64,000 bases of DNA from positions 48,484,001-48,548,000 of the forward strand of contig CM060733.1 in the NCBI GenBank assembly GCA_030704615.1, in the 5' to 3' direction. Under the pieces are notes generated by a model, which was given only the letters and a program-made list of their open reading frames with translations, ran no database searches and was not told the origin of the DNA. Each line of letters starts with the position of its first letter. Position 1 is the first letter of the stretch. The DNA comes from Takakia lepidozioides. Lineage: Eukaryota; Plantae; Bryophyta. Of this stretch, positions 11,954-21,736 are shown piece after piece. The translations under genes and the position numbers were made by a program.

Positions 11954-14900
11954 TTAATCTGAGTCTTCCAAAAGACCCTCTTCATCAGAAAGCTCATCAA
12001 ATGTCCTCATGTCCAGCTGATAGCGTAAAATTCCTCCAATTCCTCCAAACCCTCTGCAAAATTGGGAGCCTTCTTGTGACTTGTTGGTCACAAACTCAAG
12101 AGTGCACCCAAAACGCTTGTACTCATCTGAAAACCACTCCAACAGAGAGGTCTTGTCTTGCACTTCGAGCTCTGCCTGTGTCTCCACATCCCTAAAACTG
12201 GACAAGGCAAGAGGGGAACTGCTCAGTTTTGATCCAATTCTGTCACACTGATTATTGCACTTCCCAGCAAACGCAAAACTAATATCCTACAGGTTATGGT
12301 GTTTCTTTGTCTGTGCAAAATTGTCTGCACGTGATGCAAATAATGCTGGGATTATTCTTCACAGAAGACATCTGATATACTAGTTTGTCTAGGCATATAA
12401 AGTCATTCTAATTATCAGTATCCCACTTGCTAGTCCCACAAGCACTTGGCTTTCACATCTTGAAGGGGCCGATAGCAACTGGTTTGCAGGACACTCAGTG
12501 TTGATTCATGGGTTGGTCGTTGTACTCGAAAGCGTGAACTAGATTCCAACAATGCTCCTACAGCACTCTATCTCTGAGCAGATGTAACATTGCTTTCGAG
12601 TACAACGACCTCCTCCCTATCTATGCCCCCCCCCCCACCCCCCCAACCTCGATTTAGACAGCAGCAAAGGGCAGGGTGAAGAAGTTGGTCCTCAATTCTG
12701 GACTGACAATGGGGTGGGGAAGAGCGAGAGGCCAACTGGCTGTTCCATGGCTTACCAAATACGTGTGACCCAGCTGCAGTCTGCTTTCAGAGAGGTACCT
12801 GCCACACAACTTGGACACAACGACAATTTCAGATAGGGAAAGAAAGGGGACTTACTTTGACTGGTCAGCCTCCTGTTCCTTGCTGAGATGCTTAATAATA
12901 AGTTCCCCAGTTACTGAGTGCTTCAAGATGTACCGGTTCACCTCCAAATTCTCCCACACAATCAGGGTCTCAACAGCGCCCATTTCCAATGCCTTCAATG
13001 TGTCCTCGATCCCAAACACATATTTGCCAGTGTCCTGGCTAATCTCCTCAAAGTATTTTCCAATCAGTCGCTTCTCCTGGATGAACTTTACATTGGCCAG
13101 AATCTCGGCAGACAGCTCAATTGCCTGGTTGAACCCATTTTCCCCACCATATGAAACGTCCACAACATTCAGCACTTTGGCTTGAAGGCGAGGGTCGAAC
13201 ATGTCTGACTGGCTCAACTCTGTCTTAAAGTCAGCAGAACCTGCAAGGATAAGGCCTGCATATCAAAGAATCCACAGTTGACCATCTGTCAATGCCAGAG
13301 GATTAACTTCAAGGTTGAAGCACGTCCATGATGTTGCCATGAGTATACATTATGCAGATGATCTAAGCAAAGATGTTGCATCGCTTGCCAGTATTGAGAC
13401 TTGAAAAAACAAATCTTGACTCCTGGCGAAACAAGTGCAAATATGGTGTCACTTCATCCAGATGGCCTACTGCCCTCCGCAAAGATGTTAGGTCACTTGC
13501 CAGTATTGAGACTTGAAAAAAGAAATGTTGACTCCTGGCAAAACAAGTGTAACTTGGGGCGCTTAAGGTGAACACCTTCTAACAGCTGTAACCGGGGCAA
13601 CGTGGTTGCCCAAACCTCCCCCAAGGACTCAAAAGTCCATGTGTGCCCCCACATTAGGTGACTGGATGACCCGACCACCCCCATAGTTGGGCTGGCTATT
13701 ATGGGTGACATCCAACAAACACCTATGTGGCTTTGAACCCATGACCGCTTGTAACGCGGCCTTGAAACCTAACTACTGGCCATCTGTCATGCTACTGAGA
13801 CAACTTCTTGTCTCTGCCCAAGCTCATTCTCTTATTCCTAGAGTTAAAAAGCTTCCTCCTCCATGCTGGGATCAATCCCTACCATTTTCAAACAAGACTT
13901 CCTGAGCAAACAATCATCTAGTTACCTCACAGCCCAAAGTCATCAAACCCTACCTGAAACATTGGGCTGACTCGTCGCAGGGTTCACATAGAACTGAGTT
14001 GCAAGCTCTGCAGTCTTTCTCACATAGTTGTGCCTGTAAAGAAGAGGATGACTAGTGAATTTCTGGAAACAAGAATGCACTAGGAAGAGCTCCTCCCCAC
14101 GCCCCCCTCAAACCCTATTCCCCTTGTTGACTCTAAGCTCTCTCCCACAAAAACACATGGGCCCTTATGCTTGTCAACCAAAACCATTCTTCCCAAACAC
14201 TTCATTAAAATTGGATATCCACAGTGACTCCTATCACTACTTTAACCACTTCCTGCACATAGCACATTTAGTCAGCCTCTTTCAAGAAAGGCTCTGCCCC
14301 CTCCAGCTATGTCATATTTCAGTGCTGCAGATCAATTACACCGAATGCTAGATGTCCTTATCATCAAATGTACTTCTTTAGAACAGACTGATGTGTTTGA
14401 GCTTCAGGGGCCAGGTTATTGATAAGCCATTGCCCTAAACCTGATCTCCCTTTGCTACATCCTAAAGACATAACTTCTTCCTTGCCCTTCTGGATTTCGA
14501 GAAAGACAAACAACAAGTGCCGACAGTCCCGTCTTTAGCATTGTAAATAAACATTTTGCAATTTCTCCTCCAATATTCTCTATCCTCTAATTTTTCTCCA
14601 GAAATTCTTACTTACAAGGAAGCAATACAAACCTTTTCTCCATTCGGAGCCTAGCAAACCGGAGAGCTGACTGTCCTCCACGCCCATGCTTCTTGGGTAA
14701 ATCCACAGTGAACTTGTGAAGAACCTCTCTAGTATTCCCACTCAGAGTCCCAAAGAGCGTCCCATTTCCATCCATCACAATGAAACCAAATTTGTCGTCT
14801 GATTCCAGAAGCTCATTCAGTGCCTCTGTGTGAAACTTGTTGTCACACAGATAGAGTGATGCATTGATTGGCTTGAAGGGCGCAAAATCAATCGTTACCT

Positions 14901-16452
14901 GGAAATTTCCCCAGAGATTTTGTCAACATTGATCCAGAAGAAACAAACATAGTATATTCCGAATCAATTGTATCTAGCAACATACTGGGGTTTCCAGTTC
15001 CCCAAGTTGTTGAGCTACAGAATGTCCTTCCTTTCATCAACTAGCTAGGGTTGATTATTTAATCGCAGCTATCTAACACACGTGAAAAGAAAAGACACCA
15101 GCCAAAATAAAGGTACACTACAAAACAACAATTTACTGATCATGGCTATGCATGCAAGCCAGGTCAAGACTGCAAACCCTCCCCAGCAAATGACCTTGTC
15201 AGAGGGAACAAACACGCAACATCCTGTCCCGGCCTATCAAAAAGATAAACTCTACGACAATCATGGCAAAGCCGGATGGCGCCTTGTTTGTACTGTTCAA
15301 TGTAGCCTGCGCCCTAAAATTGCATCTCAAGCAAAGAAACTCATAGTGGACCAACAGACTAGCAGTACCTGCATATATAAAAACAACCACCAACTACTGA
15401 ACTCAATTCGACTCCACAGCTTTCAGACAAGTTCGTCATGCCAAAGTTACAAGTTACAACCACAAAAGTCACACGCAACATAATTGGGTAACAGAACTTT
15501 CAAGATTTAAAAATACCTTCTTTTCCTTTCCGTCATCAGTGACAATCGTTCCTGTATACAAAACCAACCCGTTAGGTGGAACCTTGTTGTAAAGCTTCAG
15601 CCGCTGCTGTGCTGAAGTTATGGCTCCCAAAACAGATTGCCGATTCACCCTGTTTTTAATATTACTGGCTGTGCCAAACTCATCCCCCAACATTTTTGCA
15701 GCTCGCGAGACCTGATCCCTGAAGAGAGCCAATAGGGTTTCTTAGAGAAGTATTGTGGCTCCATTCCATTCCAATATTATTAGGGTTCACAAGAGAAGAA
15801 AGCCACTCTCTCTACATCTCTGCAGCTTTTCCTTACTAGTTGCCTGACAAGATATTTTCTTCATGTCCATGCCCGCAATAGCGACTAAGCAAGTATCACA
15901 AGCCTGCTATTAGGAGTCACCAACGACTAACATCCCACAAACTCTGCCTAACCCAGAAAGCCAGCATTGATTCTTGAACATGTCCAAACCGAAAACATAA
16001 CAAAAACACTTGTTATTCCCCTATATCAAAGATCCCTGCAGCTACCAACAACCAACACCCCGCAGGGCGTCCCCAACAGTGTACGGATGCGGGAAACACA
16101 AACCAGACAACCAAACTTCAATCCTCACAAACGAAGCATTCCTCATCCCAATTTAAAGCCAAGGAAGAAAGGGTTTAACCCAAACCTACCCCTAAGAAAA
16201 TCACCAATCTGACACCATACTCACACACCGGATCCTTCAGATAAAACAACCCTTCAACAACCCTTCAACAGACAACACTCCTCCGCCAGCAGTCGTTCCA
16301 AAATCACAACAGAATTAAAAATGACAATACCTGGGAGGCATAATGAGCGAGATCATGCTGGTCCCGTTGCCCCGCGCTGATTCCAGGGCCTTTATCATAT
16401 TCTTTATCTTCCATATCTCTATATTTTTATCTGTCTCCCCACCCTCCGCCAT
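11954..16452 (-). CDS. eRF1: Eukaryotic peptide chain release factor 1 (6 exons)
   Basis: Exons 16452-16331, 15718-15517, 14898-14633, 14033-13954, 13255-12856 and 12197-11954, all GT-AG and in phase. Motifs [40 protein letters not shown]. Confidence 0.97.
12515..12610. repeat. Intronic hairpin with 19-bp perfect inverted arms
   Basis: GGTCGTTGTACTCGAAAGC (12515-12533) and GCTTTCGAGTACAACGACC (12592-12610). Confidence 0.8.
13380..13552 (+). repeat. ~60-bp direct repeat in an eRF1 intron
   Basis: cttgccagtattgagacttgaaaaaa...gactcctggc.aaacaagtg at ~13383 and ~13496. Confidence 0.75.
13640..13785 (-). mobile_element. Putative tRNA-derived SINE remnant
   Basis: The minus strand shows an A-box-like TGGCCAGTAGTTAGG and a B-box-like GGGTTCAAAGCC at tRNA-like spacing. 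No complete cloverleaf. Boundaries uncertain. Confidence 0.4.
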
Positions 16453-16550
16453 CTCTCCTAAGTTACCTACTTACTCTCCTTCTTCACCCAAAAAAACTCA
16501 AAGCCCCAGAACGCCGCCCAGAAACAGATCTCTTGTCCACCCCCTCCTAC

Positions 16551-16552
<2 letters not shown>

Positions 16553-16586
<34 letters not shown>
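16553..16586. repeat. (CT)n/(GA)n microsatellite upstream of the eRF1 start codon
   Basis: Directly visible. Confidence 0.9.
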
Positions 16587-16589
<3 letters not shown>

Positions 16590-16959
16590 CCTGGATCCAG
16601 CAGAGCAACGGCAGGAATCAGACACAAGAAGCAGGCAAGTAGCCCCTCTGGGCCCCTAAAGTCTGGTGGCTGCTCGGTCCTCTCGGTCCTCTTCGTTCTT
16701 TTTTATACCACATATCTCGCAGTCATCCTCCATTAATAGAATACCAGTATTCTCTTTTTATCCAGCTTTTTCAGCTCTTAGCTTTTTTTTATAATCATTA
16801 ACCCTTAATTTCCAAAGCGAACCGAATCGGATGTCAATTTCACTTCCACCTAATTTTAGCCCATCTACTCTGATGGGGCGGCCTTTTTTGGAATATCATG
16901 CAAAAAGAAAAACTTAAAAATAAATAAATGCATGGAATTCATGCAAGCCCTGTTGTATA

Positions 16960-17992
16960 TATATATATGACGCCAACCGAAGCTAGCGTAAATAAGAGCC
17001 TCTTCCCCTTGCGGGTACTGCCCCTTTCAGGGGTGGGCTCTATCCGCACCATAACCGGTTTTTCGAAGCATCTCGAGTACGTGTCTTCAAACGACTGGCT
17101 CTCTGGACGCTGGTTACAGGCGGTAACCTGCAATCCTCACAAGATTTGATAACCTTGGTTATGCATGGATGTAAAAATTCGATAACTGGGCTGCGCATAA
17201 ATGACTATCACATCGAGAATCGATAACCGGGCTGTACATGGATGAACTGTCACTCTCGATGTTTCGAAAAACCGGTTATGTCCGGTAACCGGCTCGAGGC
17301 CAACGGGTTACCGCCTGCAGCTTCGGCGCTACTGCGCCTCAGCTACATGCGATAACCCGTGGCCTCTCGCCGGTTACCTAGTCGTAACCTGTCACATAGT
17401 GGCTAGCTGGCCACTTTCTTACGTTTATTGAGGATTAAGGATGTGAGTGATGTAATAGCCGTGAAATGCAAGGTTCGTAGTAGAGGTGTAGTATATTTGG
17501 GTGGTAGGTTGAGATTATCTTTCAAACTTCAGATATTATTGGTATGAGCACCGCCCCTGACACCCGTAGTGATGACGGTCAATGGTGCCGTGTTCCAGCC
17601 TCGCTGACGGAAGGCATGTATGATTGGGTCATATTTTTCGTATTTGTACATAAGTGATTGATCTGGATTTTGATCATGGCAGAATGTGAATTCCAAAAAA
17701 TGTATTTTGAGAGATGGAAGTGGGCCTTCTTGTACTGGCATTGCCGCCGACAGGACCTGGACTAGCAAAATATCTGGGCATAGCCTTGCCAGGCAAAGGC
17801 ACGGGTGTCCTTGGGAGCATATACACGGTAGCAGCCATGGGGGAATAGTGTGGTCCGGTGGGCGACCTTGGAACGTGCCTGCATTGATGAGATTAAACCA
17901 TCTGGATTTTGGATGTGAAGTGAGAATTTTGTGGAGTTGTCTAACCCCTTGGTTATGTCTAGTTACCCGCAACCCATGAATTATGGGGTGGT
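16960..17992 (-). mobile_element. 5'-truncated RLE-type non-LTR retrotransposon (Dualen/RandI- or CRE/R2-like) with structured 3' UTR and (TA)n tail
   Basis: ORF 17529..17972 has the RLE signature RHN...CPDIL...LEFTFCHD...KYEKY. The frame continues past one TGA to ...LILNKRKK (~17405). 9-bp TSD TGTTGTATA at 16951-16959 and 17993-18001. (TA)n tail at 16960-16968. Confidence 0.82.
16969..17043 (-). ncRNA. Structured 3'-terminal RNA motif of the RLE element, copy 1
   Basis: Minus strand reads AGAGCC-CA-CCCCT[GAAA]GGGG-CAGTA-CCC[GCAA]GGG-GAAGA-GGCTCT-TATTTAC-GCTAGC[TTCG]GTTGGC-GTC. Confidence 0.6.
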
Positions 17993-18548
17993 TGTTGTAT
18001 AGTAATTATGAATAGGTAGTAAAAATCTGGAAGATCATATAATTAGTCTATTAATAAATATCAAGGTAACAGGATTTGAGCCGTGAATCACCCAGGTGGC
18101 AGGCAGGGTAATATCCCATGGACTTTCAATTATGGCATGCACAAGAAGTTGACCAATGTTATTCATTAAAAGAGAGAGTATTCTCTTGACAACTGTCTCG
18201 ATCGAATTGGAAGTCTAATCGAAAGTATCGATGCTAAAGCAGCTGAAACCTTTGCGTAGTCCTACCTTAGGAAGGCAGGGCCAACGAAAGCTACGACCTT
18301 CAGAAAACATTAAAGATAACTACGTCACATTTTGGGCCTGAAAAGGGCTTGTTGATTGCTGGCAAGTAAAAGGCCCAAATTGTAAAATTAGTAAAATTAG
18401 TAAAACTATAAAAAGCACTTCACCTCTTGTGGTGTGTGAGCATTCCATACACACATCCACCACTAGGAGTTGTGTGGAAAAGAAAGTACTTCATTTGGAG
18501 GCACATTTTCCCTTGGCAATTTTGAGATTTTAATCCTTATGTAATTAC

Positions 18549-19107
18549 CAGTGTTGGACTGGTATACCGATAATCAATACTGGTATGTATACTGGTATGA
18601 AGTACCAGACCAGTCTTGTATCACCTCAGGCCACTACCTAGTATATACCCGTATTGGCCTGATATCTGCTTCCTAATACTATGGACGATACCCTACCAGT
18701 CTGGTAGGTGGTTGAAAATTGGTACCTGATACCAGTACCAAATCCATTTTTGTGAGGAAAATCTGGTATCAATACTTTGAGGAACTTGAGGAATACTTTG
18801 GGGAATAAAATCAATGAGAAGCATGCTTGGACACGTTTATATGAGAAGTGGGCCTTTTAATATTGAACATATCATGAGTTTTTTTTATACCAGACCAGTA
18901 TTGATAATACCCTGGTATCGATTTCTAAAAACTCTTACTATTGATACCCGTAAAACACCACACCAATCAGGTATTATTGATACCACCATGGTATCCAAAT
19001 CTCAGATTTTTGCCAATACCAGTACCTCCCTAGTGTCACAATTGACCAGAGGCCTATATACCAGTACCACCCTGGTGTGTTCAAAATACGATACCAGTCC
19101 AACACTG
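18549..19107. mobile_element. hAT-type MITE
   Basis: Perfect 17-bp TIR CAGTGTTGGACTGGTAT / ATACCAGTCCAACACTG. TSD GTAATTAC / GTCATTAC (7 of 8). Internal ATACCAG/CTGGTAT repeats. Confidence 0.9.
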
Positions 19108-20116
19108 GTCATTACATACAAAACAATCACAAGTGAAAAAATCAGGTGGACCTGCAATTTAAAGGGGTCATAGCCACGTCTCCACTATTGATTTGGATTT
19201 GAATGGTGGGTCTTGGAGCAAGCAAAATTGGATAAAGGTAGATATTGATTTGGTTTTCTGTCGGAAGATAATAAAATTGAGGTACATAAGAACTTAATGC
19301 ACACGTGCAACCTTTGAAAGGATAGTACGTGGATTTCCAGCATGTCAAATCTTCCCCACCCTCTCTTGAGGGTGACATGGAACTGAAGGAGTGTAAACTC
19401 CAGTCGGGGTTACGCTGGATTACACGGTGGGGGTGTAACTCCATTTGGGGTTACACGATGGGGAGTGTAACTCCACTCAGGGTAACTCACACTTCGTCTC
19501 GAAGTCCGAATTTGGCTAAGTATAAAATGGACTAAGAAGAAGGTTACACCGATTAGGATATCGTTACACGGGTTACACTACAACAAACTCTCATCACGAA
19601 TTAAACCCAGAACCTCGCCGCCTATACTACTATCACCTCACCAACATGCTACCCATCACAACATAAAACATTTTTGGATTTTTAAGTATTTAATAGTCAA
19701 ACCGAGGTAAGAGGGGGTGGGGAGGATTTGGCAGGGGCCAGGGTGCCAGAATCCGACAAAGGTACTCTAAGATGGCACGACATTAAGTTTCCTAGTATCT
19801 CCCATTTAAGGCTCTCCCAATTTTTCTTTTGGACCTGAATTTGAGGTCCAAGACAATGTATAATCTTGCAGTTTACACTGTGGAATTGGCTCATTTTTTG
19901 ATATGTGGTGCATAAATAAGTTGGCCCACTTCTATGCGCTGGATGATTTTTGATTTTTTTTTCGGGCAATTTACTGCAGCTGGGTACCCAAAATTGTTAA
20001 AAAGACCAAAAAGGGCTTGGAAAATTAGAGAGAAGCTACGGCGTGAGCGTGCTCATGCACAAAATCCGATTAAGCGTGAGAAGATCCGAGAAGCAAAGCC
20101 TATATCCATGGATACG

Positions 20117-20831
20117 AAGGGGCCTATTACCGTGGGTTTATAATGTCAGAAACCAATGATTTTGATAAGTGTGAAGTGCATATTTTTCTGTTCATAACGG
20201 AATTTCGTACAAACAAAACAAACCGTTTATTTCATGGCCATGAGGGCACGCACCCTGTAAGTGGAGGAAGAAGAGGAATGGAATACATATTTACGCACAC
20301 ATGTTTTCAAGCCAGGCTCATCAAAACCACAAAAAAATAAAAATAAATGTCGTCTGTGTGCTCGTTAAAACCACCAAAAGAAAAAAAATAGAAAAATATT
20401 TTTTTTCTTTTCTTTTTTCTTCTTGGATCAACGCACACCTGTTTTCCAGCCCTAATCAAAATCACCAAAAGGAATTTTATTTAAAAACAATTGTGTTTTT
20501 TTAAATAATTTTCCAGCAGGAAAAAATTAAAAAAACTGTTTTTTCTTTTTTTGGGAGGGGTTGCAAAACGCATGTTTTGCAGCCTGTCAACCCAAAATAC
20601 ATATAGTGTTTTGTTTTTTTTTGGGGGGGGGCCTACAAAACAAGTGTGCGTTGTTTTGCAGCCCCGTCAACCAAATTTTAAAAAAGTACTGGGGATGAAA
20701 AACAAGTTTGCGACAATAGACACTTTGTTTTGAAGCAACCCTAAACCTGGATGATGCTAATTTTTCACATCTCTTACCCGCGGTAATAAGCCCTCTGTAG
20801 TTGTGGTGTAATTCGCGGTTATAGGCCCCTT
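20117..20831. mobile_element. Possible MITE with GGGGCCTA-type TIRs
   Basis: AAGGGGCCTATTACCGTGG versus CGCGGTTATAGGCCCCTT, with a third TIR-like copy at ~20777-20794. AT-rich interior. No clean TSD. Confidence 0.5.
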
Positions 20832-20984
20832 GCTTTGAAGGTCAGCCTAGGAACATATGCGTTTCAATCATATCTCTTTATGGAAAAGACTAGCTGTTAC
20901 TACGGTGAGAGACCCAACATACATGTTAGCCTCGACACCTTTAGGGTTGCTATGAGCAGGGTATATTTTTCACACTTAGAGATA

Positions 20985-21520
20985 ATGACAAGCGTATGGT
21001 ATCAATCATGACTACAAATGGATTCCACAAAGAATATTGTTAGGTCATTCATAGGGATAGTGAGGCAGAGACAAAGTGATAGGTAGACCGTTGATTATTG
21101 AAATATTAGGGCAGAGGCATATAGGGCAAGAGCAGGGGATTAGAAATGAGCATCGGAATAGCCATGATAGAATGATATGGTTAGGTCTGGGTCAACCTTG
21201 ATAAATATCAGCAATATTGATGAATATGTATCAGCTAGTTTCGTGGTGTATGAAGAGTAGTTTGTGGAATTGGCAATCGATGCATAGGTCATGGATGACG
21301 GGATGTGTACATTGGCTAAGAAGGTATGGTCAATTATCTCTAGCAATAGGATTAGTTGTGCAGAGCCAGCAACACGGGATAGATTAGTCCAAAATATGTG
21401 TTTCCACTGGTTGCCCAATATATTGGGTATATTAGAAGCGGAGCGGTTTGTCGAATTTGTGCATTTGTGACAAATTTGATGGTCCGGAATTGGTTAGAGA
21501 ATTTGTGGTCCAGATATAGG
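20985..21520 (-). mobile_element. Second, heavily decayed copy of the RLE retrotransposon
   Basis: Frameshifted remnants CWLC...LLSQCTHPVIH, CLCPNISII and IFFVESICSHD align with HPIIHGL, LCPDILLV and IHFLEFTFCHD of the 17.5-kb copy. Confidence 0.65.
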
Positions 21521-21660
21521 GTCTAATCTAAAGAAGCAGCATCAACTGAAAAATGAAGCGTCCCCTAATTTTTATTGCACTAGCCTAGTAGATGTCTGTC
21601 TTTTTTCTATTCCACAACACTCGATTGTATTCATTTTTGTACATGGTTTTTGGTATGTGA

Positions 21661-21736
21661 ATAGGACCCACCCCCGAAAGGCGGCAGTAGCCGCAAGGCA
21701 AAGTGGCTCTTAGCTACGCCGGCTTTGGCCGGAGTC
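21661..21736 (+). ncRNA. Structured 3'-terminal RNA motif, copy 2 (solo 3' tip)
   Basis: ATAGGACCCA-CCCCC[GAAA]GGCGG-CAGTA-GCC[GCAA]GGC-AAAGT-GGCTCT-TAGCTAC-GCCGGC[TTTG]GCCGGA-GTC, colinear with copy 1. Confidence 0.55.

Noticed and set aside
16969-17043. Group II intron domain V or hammerhead ribozyme identity for the structured motif
   Set aside because: Only superficial AGC/GAAA similarity. The topology is a multi-way junction with no CUGANGA core.
19140-20110. GTTACAC/GTGTAAC repeat-rich stretch, probably TE remnants
   Set aside because: No matching termini or TSD could be defined.
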